From contig NIVC01003741.1 of NCBI GenBank assembly GCA_002269645.1, positions 1 to 35,777 of the forward strand: DNA of 35,777 nucleotides. Direction: 5' to 3'. The notes under the pieces were generated by a model. That model had not been told where the DNA came from and searched no databases. It saw only the letters and a program-made list of their open reading frames with translations. The DNA comes from Macrostomum lignano (Eukaryota). This document shows positions 1 through 11,469 of the stretch, in pieces. The first letter of the stretch is position 1. Every line of letters starts with the position of its first letter. The translations under genes and the position numbers were made by a program.

Positions 1-192
1 CGACAGCCGAGGCGGGGAGCGAACGCAGATACAGCTGACGATGCCTGCCCCGGCTCCCGTTACCATGGCACCTGGCCGCGAATCGATTTTGCGCTTCGGT
101 ACAACGCAGCGGTAGAAGAACTGGACCAGCTGATGGCGAACCAGGCAGGGCAGGCGGACAAGGAAAAACAGCACGTCCACGTGGGGTGGCAT
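1..192 (-). CDS. Short-chain dehydrogenase/reductase (SDR16C/RDH10-like), first coding exon, truncated by the window edge and containing apparent indels
   Basis: ATG at 192-190 after a CTCCCCGCTCCAG acceptor-like motif. Reads MPPHVDVLFFLVRLPCLVRHQLVQFFYRCVVPKRK...AMVTGAGAGI: a hydrophobic N-terminal anchor followed by the SDR TGxxxGIG-type cofactor motif. Restoring three missing bases gives KIDFAGQVAMVTGAGAGI; a shifted frame near the edge gives RLGC. No catalytic motif is visible in the window. Confidence 0.65.
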   Translation of the reverse strand, partial: MPPHVDVLFFLVRLPCLVRHQLVQFFYRCVVPKRKIDSRPGAMVTGAGAGIVSCICVRSPPRLS

Positions 193-230
193 GGCGGCTG
201 GAGCGGGGAGGTGAGCAGCTTGAGTGCCGT

Positions 231-910
231 GGGATTGATGGGGGCTTGGATTGATGGGGCCTGGGACTGATGGAGCTGGACTGATGGGGCTGGGATTGAG
301 GAGCTGGATTGATGGGGCTGGAATTGATGAGAGCTGGGATTGATGGACTGGCATTGATGGAGCTGGACTGGATGGCTGGAACTGATGGAGCTGGATTGAT
401 GGAGCTGGTCTCGATGGAGCTGGGATTGATGGAGCTGGGATTGATGGGGCTGGACTGATGGACTGGAACTGATGGAGCTGGGATTGATGGGCTGGTACTG
501 ATGGAGCTGGATGGATGGGCTGTGACTGATGGGGTTGGGATTGATGGGCTGGGATTGATGGAGCTGGGATTAATGAAGCTGGGATTGATGGAGCTGGGAC
601 TCGATGAGCTGGTACTGATGGAGCTGAGATTGGTGGGGCTGTGACTGATGGAGCTGGGATCTGGTGGACTGTAATTAATAAAGCTGGGATTGATGAAGCT
701 GGGATTGATGGATCTGGCATTGATGGAGCTGGGATTGATGAAGCTGGATTGATGAAGCTGGGATTGCATGGATCTGGCATTGATGGAGCTGGGATTGATG
801 GACTGGGATTGATGATCTGGCATTGATGGCTGGGATTAATGGAGGCTGGACTGATGGAGCTGGCATTGATGGAGCTGGCATTGATGGAGCTGGACTAATG
901 GGAACTGACA
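231..910. repeat. Minisatellite, about 14-15 bp unit GATGGAGCTGGGATT, degenerate, about 45 copies
   Basis: Periodicity visible by eye; lies directly upstream of the SDR acceptor and ATG; source of ORFs 641..826 and 675..911. Confidence 0.95.
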
Positions 911-2485
911 TTAACGTAGCCAGATACTGGGACTGATAAGCCGACTGAGGATTTTGGAGTCAGAGAATACTATCTACTAGGCTAGCAGAAAAAATACAGC
1001 ACTAAGTAAGCCACATTTGAATATGTGGCGATAGATATATCATGTCGATCAGGACGCGAAGCAGTATATTTATCGATTAAACTTACTTTTAAAGTACAAC
1101 AGAAACGGACATATGCTAATGGCTATGCAGGGGTTAAGTTACAATCCAACTGTAACAACAGCAGCTCCGATATAGACATTCAGATTCAAAACCCTATTAA
1201 GTAAAAAAACAATGAAATTAAGGACAAATTGAGGTGATAATCAAAAAAACTTCTACAAAATCGTAGGTTTTAAAAGTGCTTTACTGAACTTACTACTGAT
1301 CTAGTAGGTTGCAAGTAGCATAGTAGTGGTATAAGACGAAAAAAATCGATTATATCTATAACAAGTAGGTTACTTATAGAAGCATCTAATTAGATATAAT
1401 CAGCTATAAAGTTAAATTGCTACTTTAAATAGACACCAAGAAATACTAGTAAAAATAACTATTGTTAAACAATTAGTTTATACAATGGGCTACGTAAAGG
1501 TAATTGAAAGCGCACAAGGATATGTACAGGTTTTCAACAAAATAAACTAATTCTAATATACAAAAAACGGCAATCAAATATTCCAAACAAATAATTTACG
1601 CTTAACTTGGTTTCTAAAAAGACCCTTTTATATTTTAACCCTTTTTCCGCGTGTTAGATTGCGCTTGAAAAACAAACTACGCTACATATCGGTGTTTGTA
1701 AGATTTAATCAATATACATAAGATAAAAATTAGGAAACAACTTAATAATTAATATACAGATATTTCTGGGATAAAATTGAAAAAATATCACTATTTACAA
1801 TGAGATCTACTGATAGTGATAAAGCGCCATCCAACTAAAAAACTTCCAAAAACCAAATTAATAAACTGTGAATTAGGAGTAGCTCGTATCGATAAATGAT
1901 AAAAAGGCATAAATAATAAGAAGAAAAGTGCGAACCGATCGAATATTTACCTATATACTTTAAGTTAGCATAACATTGATTTAGAATATATAAGAAAGAG
2001 CGTTATGTTTTCGTTTTTTCACTTATAATTTTACTCTCCTAATTGCCAGTCTACTTTGAGTACAGCGATGGCGTTTTTGCCGATTTTTTCGATTGAGTTT
2101 TATTCGCTAATTTTTTAAATTATCTGTGTTCTGTTTTAAAAGCCTAAAATATTGTCTGAAATAGTAATTCTAAGAGTGAGTACAGTTACTAACGTAAATA
2201 CAAATTTAAAGATTTGCAAACTATTAGCTGAAAACTTCTGATAGATTCTGTAAATAAAGAAATTACAACTACTGTAAGTAATAAACGACAGTTTAGATTA
2301 AATATGCTATTACACTTACACGGTATTGCAGAATATTTAACTGTCACTAAATGAATTGAATAAAAACGTCCTACAAACAGACTGATCAAAGAAAGTGACC
2401 AAAACGAGAAGCGCCACTGGAGATACCTGCAGATTCTTGAAATCTCCATACACAGAACTAATCAAGAATAGTCTATAGACAGACT

Positions 2486-2804
2486 TGAGAATCATCCATA
2501 GAAAATCATGAGAATCGCCCATAGACAAATCATGAGAATCGCCATAGAACAAACCATGAGAATCGCCCAAAGACAAACCATCATGAGAATCGCCTATAGA
2601 CAAACCATGAGATCGCCATATACAAACCATGAGAATCGCCCAAAGACAAACCATCATGAGAATCACCCCATGAGACAAACCATGAGATCCGCCCATATAC
2701 AAACCATGAGAATCGCCCCATAGACAAATCATGAGAATCACCCATGACAAACCATGAGAATCGCCCCATAGCACAACCATGAGAATCGCCCCATAGACAA
2801 ACCA
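2486..2804 (-). repeat. 25-bp satellite ATAGACAAACCATGAGAATCGCCCC, about 12 copies; reverse complement of the 3190-9128 array
   Basis: The unit is the exact reverse complement of GGGGCGATTCTCATGGTTTGTCTAT. Confidence 0.95.
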
Positions 2805-2869
2805 AAGATCAAGTCCAGCTGCAGTTTAGAATTGACCAATTGACCCTATCTATCACAGCTGAAAACAGT

Positions 2870-5800
2870 TTAACTAGATTCCGGATCTTCATTAGCATCA
2901 GCGATTCGATCTCCGCGATAGCGCAGAAACGAAACGGCGGCCGCGGCTGCCAGATTAGCCGAAGCGTCAGCAAACTGCTGCTGTTGCCGATTCTGCCGAC
3001 TGCGGCTACCACTGTCGCCTGAGGCCGACGTCGGCGGCGCGACGGGTAGAAATGCCCGCAGCTCGTCTCTTCTTCTTCGCTGCTCTCCTGGGTAATCTGG
3101 CGCTCGACTGCGGCTCTGATAAAGAGAAGAGCAAGATTATATAAAAATAATAGTCACCCGTTTGTTAGTTTCTAAAGCCAATCTCAGGTCCATGAAGCGA
3201 TTCTCATGGTTTGTCTATGGGCGATTCTCATGGTTTGTCATGAAGCGATTCTCATGGTTTGTCTATGGGCGATTCTCATGGTTTGTCTATGGGGCGATTC
3301 TCATGGTTTGTCCATGAAGCGATTCTCATGGTTTGTCTATGGGGTGATTCTCATGGTTTGTCTATGGATGATTCTCATGGTTTGTCTATGGGTGATTCTC
3401 ATGGTTTGTCTATGGGTGATTCTCATGTTTGTCTATGGATGATTCTCATGGTTTGTCTATGGGGCGTTTCTCATGGTTTGTCTATGGGCGATTCTCATGG
3501 TTTGTCTATGGGGCGATTCTCATGGTTTGTCTATAGGGCGATTCTCATGGTTTGTCTATAGGGCGATTCTCATGGTTTGTCTATGGGGTGATTCTCATGG
3601 TTTTTGTCTATAGGGCGATTCTCATGCTTTGTCTATGGGGTGATTCTCATGGTTTGTCTATGGGGTGATTCTCATGGTTTGTCTATAGGGCGATTCTCAT
3701 GGTTTGTCAATAAAGCGTTTCTCATGGTTTGTCTATGGGTGATTCTCATGGTTTGTCTATGGATGATTCTCATGGTTTGTCTATGGGGTGATTCTCATGG
3801 TTTGTCTATAGGCCGATTCTCATGGTTTGTCAATAAAGCGTTTCTCATGGTTTGTCTATGAGGTGATTCTCATGGTTTGTCTATGGATGATTCTCATGGT
3901 TTGTCTATGGGCGATTCTCATGGTTTGTCTATGGGGCATTCTCATGGTTTGTCAATGAAGCGTTTCTCATGGTTTGTCTATGGGGTGATTCTCAATGGTA
4001 TGTCTATGGGGTGATTCTCATGGTTTGTCTATGGATGATTCTCATGGTTTGTCTATGGGGCGATTCTCATGGTTTGTCTATGGATGATTCTCATGGTTTG
4101 TCAAGGAAGCGTTTCTCATGGTTTGTCTATGGGGTGATTCTCATGGTATGTCTATGGGTGATTCTCATGGTTTGTCTATGGATGATTCTCATGGTTTGTC
4201 TATGGGGCGATTCTCATGCTTTGTCTATGGGGTGATTCTCATGGTTTGTCTATAGGGCGATTCTCATGGTTTGTCTATAGGCGATTCTCATGGTTTGTCT
4301 ACAGGGCGATTCTCATGGTTGTCTATGGGGTGATTCTCATGGTTTGCCTATAGGCCGATTCTCATGGTTTGTCTATAGGGCGATTCTCATGGTTTGTCTA
4401 TGGGACGATTCTCATGGTTGTCTATAGGGCGATTCTAATGGTTTGTCTATAGGCCGATTCTCATGGTTTGTCAATGAGCGTTTCTCATGTTTGTCTATGG
4501 GGTGATTCTCATGGTATGTCTATGGGGTGATTCTCATGGTTTGTCTATGGATGATTCTCATGGTTTGTCTATGGGGCGATTCTCATGGTTTGTCTATGGA
4601 TGATTCTCATGGTTTGTCAAGGAAGCGTTTCTCATGGTTTGTCTATGGGGTGATTTCTCATGTATGTCTATGGGGTGATTCTCATGGTTTGTCTATGGAT
4701 GATTCTCATGGTTTGTCTATGGGGCGATTCTCATGCTTTGTCTATGGGGTGATTCTCATGGTTTGTCTATAGGGCGATTCTCATGGTTTGTCTATAGCGA
4801 TTCTCATGGTTTGTCTACAGGGCGATTCTCATGGTTTGTCTATGGGTGATTCTCATGGTTTGCCTATAGGCCGATTCTCATGGTTTGTCTATAGGGCGAT
4901 TCTCATGGTTTGTCTATGGGACGATTCTCATGGTTTGTCTATGGGGCGATTCTCATGCTTTGTCTATGGGTGATTCTATGGTTTGTCTATGGACGATTTT
5001 CATGGTTTGTCAATGAAGCGTTTCTCATGGTTTGTCTATGGGGTGATTCTCATGGTTTGTCTATGGATGATTCTCATGGTTTGTCTATGGGGCGATTCTC
5101 ATGTTTGTCTATGGGCGATTCTCATGGTTTGTCTATGGGCGATTTTCATGGTTTGTCTATGGGCCGATTCTCATGGTTTGTCAATGAAGCGTTTCTCATG
5201 GTTTGTCTATGGGGTGATTCTCATGGTATGTCTATGGGGTGATTCTCATGGTTTGTCTATGGGCGTTGTCATGGTTTGTCAATGAAGCGTTTCTCATGGT
5301 TTTGTCTATGGGGTGATTCTCATGGTTTGTCTATGGGGCGTTGTCATGGTTTGTCAATGAAGCGTTTCTCATGGTTTGTCTATGGGGTGATTCTCATGGT
5401 ATGTCTATGGGGTGATTCTCATGGTTTGTCTATGGATGATACTCATGGTTTGTCTATGGATGATTCTCATGGTTTGTCTATGGGGCGATTCTCATGGTTT
5501 GTTCTATGGGGTGATTCTCATGGTTTGTCTATGGGGCGATTCTCATGGTTTGTCTATAGGCGATTTTCATGGTTTGTCTATAGGCCGATTCTCAAGGTTT
5601 GTCAATGAAGCGTTTCTCATGTTTGTCTATGGGGTGATTCTCATGGTATGTCTATGGGTGATTCTCATGGTTTGTTTATGGATGATTCTCATGGTTTGTC
5701 TATGGGGCGATTCTCATTCTTTGTCTATGGGGTGATTCTCATGGTTTGTCTATAGGGCGATTCTCATGGTTTGTCTATAGGCCGATTCTCATGGTTTGTC

Positions 5801-8800
5801 TATAGGGCGATTCTCATGGTTTGTCAATGAAGCGTTTCTAATGGTTTGTCTATGGGGTGATTCTAATGGTTTGTCTATAGGCCGATTCTCATGTTTGTCT
5901 ATGGATGATTCTCATGGTTTGTCTATGGGGCGATTCTCATGCTTTGTCTATGGGGTGATTCTCATGGTTTGTCTATAGGCGATTCTAATGGTTTGTCTAT
6001 AGGCCGATTCTCATGGTTTGTCAATGAAGCGTTTCTCATGGTTTGTCTATGGGTGATTCTCATGGTATGTCTATGGGGTGATTCTCATGGTTTGTCTATG
6101 GATGATTCTCATGGTTTGTCAAGGAAGCGTTTCTCATGGTTTGTCTATGGGGTGATTCTCATGGTATGTCTATGGGGTGATTCTCATGGTTTGTCTATGG
6201 ATGATTCTCATGGTTTGTCTATGGGGCGATTCTCATGCTTGTCTATGGGGTGATTCTCATGTTTGTCTATAGGGCGATTCTCATGGTTTGTCTATAGGCC
6301 GATTCTCATGGTTTGTCTACAGGCGATTCTCATGGTTTGTCTATGGGGTGATTCTCATGGTTTGCCTATAGGCCGATTCTCATGGTTTGTCTATAGGGCG
6401 ATTCTCATGGTTTGTCTATGGGACGATTCTCATGGTTTGTCTATGGGGCGATTCTCATGCTTTGTCTATGGGGTGATTCTCATGGTTTGTCTATGGGACG
6501 ATTTTCATGGTTTGTCAATGAAGCGTTTCTCATGGTTTGTCTATGGGGTGATTCTCATGGTTTGTCTATGGATGATTCTCATGGTTTGTCTATGGGGCGA
6601 TTTCTCATGCTTTGTCTATGGGTGATTCTCATGGTTTGTCTATAGGCGCGATTCTAATGGTTTGTCAATGAAGCGTTTCTCATGGTTTGTCTATGGGGTG
6701 ATTCTCATGGTATGTCTATGGGGTGATTCTCATGGTTTGTCTATGGATGATTCTCATGGTTTGTCAATGAAGCGTTCTCATGGTTTTGTCTATGGGGTGA
6801 TTCTCATGTTTGTCTATGGGGTGATTCTCATGGTTTGTCTATGGGGCGTTGTCATGGTTTGTCAATGAAGCGTTTCTCATGGTTTGTCTATGGGGTGATT
6901 CTCATGGTTTGTCTATGGGGTGATTCTCATGGTTTGTCTATGGATGATTCTCATGGTTTGTCTATGGATGATTCTCATGGTTTGTCTATGGGGCGATTCT
7001 CATGGTTTGTCTATAGGGCGATTCTCATGGTTTGTCTATAGGCCGATTCTCATGGTTTGTCTATAGGGCGATTCTCATGGTTTGTCAATGAAGCGTTTCT
7101 AATCTTTGTCTATGGGGTGATTCTAATGGTTTGTCTATAGGCCGATTCTCATGGTTTGTCAATGAAGCGTTTTCTCATGGTTTGTCTATGGGGTGATTCT
7201 CATGGTATGTCTATGGGGTGATTCTCATGGTTTGCCTATAGGCCGATTCTCATGGTTTGTCTATAGGGCGATTCTCATGGTTTGTCTATGGGGCGATTCT
7301 CATGGTTTGTCTATGGGGCGATTCTCATGTTTGTCTATGGGCGTTTCTCATGGTTTGTCTATGGGGTGATTCTAATGGTTTGTCTATAGGCCGATTCTCA
7401 TGGTTTGTCAATGAAGCGTTTCTCATGGTTTGTCTATGGGGTGATTCTCATGGTTTTGTCTATGGATGATTCTCATGGTTTGTCTATGGGCGATTCTCAT
7501 GGTTTGTCTATGGGGCGATTCTCATGGTTTGTCTATGGGGCGATTCTCATGGTTTGTCTATGGGGCGTTTCTCATGGTTTGTCTATGGGCGATTCTCATG
7601 GTTTGTCAATGAAGCGTTTCTCATGGTTTGTCTATGGGGTGATTCTCATGGTTTGTCTATATGCCGATTCTCATGGTTTGTCAATGAAGCGTTTCTCATG
7701 GTTTGTCTATGGGGTGATTCTCATGGTATGTCTATGGTGATTCTCATGGTTTGTCTATGGATGATTCTCATGGTTTGTCTATGGGGCGATTCTCATGCTT
7801 TGTCTATGGGGTGATTCTCATGGTTTGTCTATGGGACGATTCTTATGGTTTGTCTATGGGGCGATTCTCATTGTTTGTCAAGAAGCGTTTCTCATGGTTT
7901 GTCTATGGGGCGATTCTCATGGTTTGTCTATGGGGCGTTCTCATGGTTTGTCTATGGGGTGATTCTCATGGTTTGTCTATGGGGCGATTCTCATTGTTTG
8001 TCAATGAAGCGTTTCTCATGGTTTGTCAATGGGGTGATTCTAATGGTTTGTCTATATGCCGATTCTCATGGTTTGTCAATGAAGCGTTTCTCATGGTTTG
8101 TCTATGGGTGATTCTCATGGTGTGTCTATGGGGTGATTCTCATGGTTTGTCTATGGATGATTCTCATGGTTTGTCAATGAAGCGTTTCTCATGGTTTGTC
8201 TATGGGGTGATTCTCATGGTTTGTCTATGGATGATTCTCATGGTTTGTCTATGGGGCGATTCTCATGCTTTGTCTATGGGTGATTCTCATGGTTTGTCTA
8301 TAGGGCGATTCTCATGGTTTGTCTATAGGCCGATTCTCATGGTTTGTCTATAGGGCGATTTTTATGGTTTGTCTATAGGGCCGATTCTCAAGGTTTGTCA
8401 ATGAAGCGTTTCTCATGGTTTGTCTATAGGCGATTCTCATGGTTTGTCTATAGGGCGATTCTCATGTTTGTCTATGGGGTGATTCTCATGGTTTGCCTAT
8501 AGGCGATTCTCATGGTTTGTCTATAGGGCGATTCTCATGGTTTGTCTATGGGGCGATCTCATGGTTTGTCTATGGGGCGATTCTCATGCTTTGTCTATGG
8601 GGTGATTCTCATGGTTTGTCTATGGGACGATTTTCATGTTTGTCATGAAGCGTTTCTCATGGTTTGTCTATGGGTGATTCTCATGGTTTGTCTATATGCG
8701 ATTCTCATGGTTTGTCAATGAAGCGTTTCTCATGGTTTGTCTATGGGGTGATTCTCATGGTATGTCTATGGGGTGATTCTCATGGTTTGTCTATGGATGA

Positions 8801-10498
8801 TTCTCATGGTTTGTCTATGGGCGATTCTCATGGTTTGTCAATAAAGCGTTTCTTATGGTTTGTCTATGGGGTGATTCTCATGGTTTGTCTATAGGCCGAT
8901 TCTCATGGTTTGTCAATGAAGCGTTTCTCATGGTTTGTCTATGGGTGATTCTCATGGTATGTCTATGGGGTGATTCTCATGGTTTTTCTATGGATGATTC
9001 TCATGGTTTGTCTATGGATGATTCTCATGGTTTGTCTATGGGGCGATTCTCATGCTTTGTCTATGGGGTGATTCTCATGGTTTGTCTATAGGCGATTCTC
9101 ATGCTTTGTCTATGGCGGTGATTCTCAGATCTGTTTACACAAAATATTCACAGAACATAACAGAACTGCTGACGTTGATTAAAAAGACAACTGTCTCACC
9201 TGATAGACGATGGCCTATCAATAAACTGAGTCTCCTCTCTGAGCACAACAGCATCGTCTTCCAGCTTGCCGTGCTCAGCCAGATAAGCATTTAACTGTTG
9301 CAGATATGGCAGAACAACCTGCGCCACGATAGACTTTATAAGGCGGATAGAGCAGCAGGGACATCATTGCCACGTAGCCCAACAGCCAGCCGTGAAAGAA
9401 GGTTCCCAAATAGGCAATCAAAGCTGAGGTTGCGGAGGTGGTTAGAAAAAACCTCAGTCGACGATTTCGACGCTGTCGACGAGCCCAAGCGACGAGGGCG
9501 AATAGTCTGCGAACTCGTTCGTCAACCCATTGCGCTACGTCCTGGATGGAGGCAAGATGAGCCTCAACTGGGACCCAGTCGTCTTCGCGATCGAATTCTT
9601 CGGGAACTATGAGGCGTATAACGGGTGGCTTTTTAAATGTATGCCGATATGTATAGAAAAATATGACGCAGATATTAGTCCATTTTAATTTGCATTCTTA
9701 GGCCACTAACACTACTGATGTCATATTGATACTACTGATGCCACATCAGATCCTACTCGTGCCATATCAGATACTACTGATGCCATATCAGATGCTACTG
9801 ATGCCATATCAGATGCTACTGATGCCATATCAGATACTACTGATGCTATATCAGATACTACTGATGCTATATCAGATACTACTGATGCCATATCAGATGC
9901 TACTGATGCCATATCAGATACTACTGATGCCACATCAGATACTACTGATGCTACATCAGATACTACTGATGCTACATCAGATACTACTGATGCTACATCA
10001 GATACTACTGATGCCATATAAGATACTACTGATGCCATATCAGATACTACTGATGCCATATCAGATACTACTGATGCCATATCAGATACTACTGATGCCA
10101 TATCAGATACTACTGATACATATTGAGTCAACAAGTATATTTTAGCTTCTAATTAAGTGTCCTATAGTCGGTTTAAGAAATCCTACACAATAAAGTACAC
10201 ACAGGTTAAATCTAAACTCACCTTTAATCTCCTTCCAAATATAAGTTTTCCACATATCGGCTATCACCAGTAGTAGTAGTAGAAAACTTAGAATAGTCAG
10301 AGTGCCATGATTGCACAGGTAGCAATAGACAAAGGTGACATGAATAGCAACATAGAATGCTATTGATTTAGTTCCATCACGGAATATCAGCAGAGTTTGC
10401 AGTCGCATAAATGCTGGCTCCCACGGGCTGATGGCGTCTTGCAGGCATTTGCCAATACTGTCATGCCCCGACCAGTGCATTTGACCGCTTTTTGACAT
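2870..10498 (-). CDS. RETREG: Reticulophagy regulator (RETREG/FAM134 family, reticulon-homology domain); exons 10498-10222, 9606-9200, 3115-2870; about 309 aa after correcting two frameshifts
   Basis: Exon 1 ISPWEPAFMRLQTLLIF...IADMWKTYIWKEIK joins in phase 1 (G|GTGAGT...ATAG|TT) to VPEEFDREDDWVPVEAHLASIQDVAQW. This matches my recollection of FAM134 (YEPVLSRVQAALVW...IDQWKNKIWPEIKVP...WGFVHPRLLSV). A second hydrophobic hairpin FFLTTSATSALIAYLGTFFHGWLLGYVAMMSLLLYP follows. Frameshifts near 9343 and 3068. Paralogue number cannot be assigned. Confidence 0.85.
3190..9128 (+). repeat. 25-bp satellite GGGGCGATTCTCATGGTTTGTCTAT, about 240 copies, filling RETREG intron 2
   Basis: Continuous 24-25 bp periodicity with recurring variants (GGATG, AATGAAGCGTTT, TAGGCCG, GTATGT); explains all ORFs from 3206 to about 9100. 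Confidence 0.98.
9711..10120. repeat. 21-bp minisatellite ATCAGATACTACTGATGCCAT, about 19 copies, in RETREG intron 1
   Basis: Direct periodicity; translates to (MASVVSD)n and (LLMPYQI)n. Confidence 0.97.
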
Positions 10499-10676
10499 GA
10501 CTTGATAAATTTTATTCTTTGCAAATTGCCAGTAAGCTTTGCTTTATATAAACACTGAAATTGAGGTTTAATTAAATAATTACCTAGTTATTTATCGGTC
10601 AACTTTTGAGTCTCTCTTCTCTGACCCACAGAAAATTTTGCTGAGAAGTAAACAGACACAGTACTCCATCATAGAT

Positions 10677-10833
10677 TACTAAACGCAAATTATACTACTT
10701 TCACTATACTACTGACAAGAAATATAGACGTAGAAAGGCGAATGTCAATATCTACTGTTATGAATGTACACTGCCTACTTTTAATTCTACTTTTCTACAT
10801 ATTTCTTGTCAATAGTATAATTTGCATTTAGTA
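10677..10833. repeat. Imperfect inverted repeat or hairpin (MITE-like relic) upstream of RETREG
   Basis: Left arm TACTAAACGCAAATTATACT...TGACAAGAAATAT..GTAGAAA pairs with right arm TTTCTACATATTTCTTGTCAATAGTATAATTTGCATTTAGTA around a loop of about 55 bp. Confidence 0.65.
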
Positions 10834-11469
10834 GTATAATTAACCATAGATAAAGCAGTCATGTAATAACAATAATCTCAATTGGTTATTAGAAGGTCAA
10901 CTGCCGCTCTGACTTACGTAACCGCCAAAAACTTATCTACTGTAATTAAGAACTGAAGGTCAAAGGCCTAGAAATAGAAAACTTTTCTAGAATTAAATAA
11001 AAAGGAAAGACTTGTTGCTTAAGTTAAAAATATAATTAATAACGGAATTGTGTCACATTGCTAAATACATAACCAGATAGAGGAAAATATTTTTAAATTG
11101 ACATATTGTGTTATAAATAAATTTTTCATTTATAGTTAGCCTAATCAGAAAGTCTAATATAGACATAAAATAAAATCCTGTGCAATAAAGACACGCAATT
11201 ATAGACGCACAGCCAAGAATAACCGAAACAAGTATAAACTTTTAGGAGGTCCAGCCGCCTTTTTAATCGATGCCAAAAATATAACAAAATAACAACAATT
11301 AGTAAAATTTGTCAAAAGAAATCAAAAGATAAAAACGCAGCTATTTTATATACAGTAGAAGTAGCCATAGCCTTTTGATGAAGACAGACGGGAGCAACAG
11401 GGCGGGGAGAATTTCCCAAAAAACGTTTGTTGTTGACATTCTTGTTGATCTTGTTGCGGTTTTGTTGTT

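Noticed and set aside
1-216. Plus-strand open frame ending at a good donor GAG|GTGAGC (211)
   Set aside because: The peptide has no recognisable family, while the minus strand gives an SDR motif; treated as an antisense shadow, though an overlapping exon cannot be fully excluded.
2419-2450. Possible extra RETREG micro-exon VYGDFKNLQ with a LIR-like FKNL
   Set aside because: No convincing donor upstream of the TAA at 2870; such a short motif is expected by chance.
3206-9091. Dozens of ORFs such as (ILMVCLWGDSHGLSMGRFSWFVYG)n
   Set aside because: Three-frame translations of the 25-bp satellite inside RETREG intron 2.
9321-9336. 16-nt GT...AG (GTCTATCGTGGCGCAG) that would fix the RETREG exon-2 frameshift; similar 20-67 nt options in C8orf34 exon 3
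   Set aside because: 16-20 nt is below known animal intron sizes, the sites are weak and GC-rich, and no intron set explains all the shifts; single-base errors are simpler.
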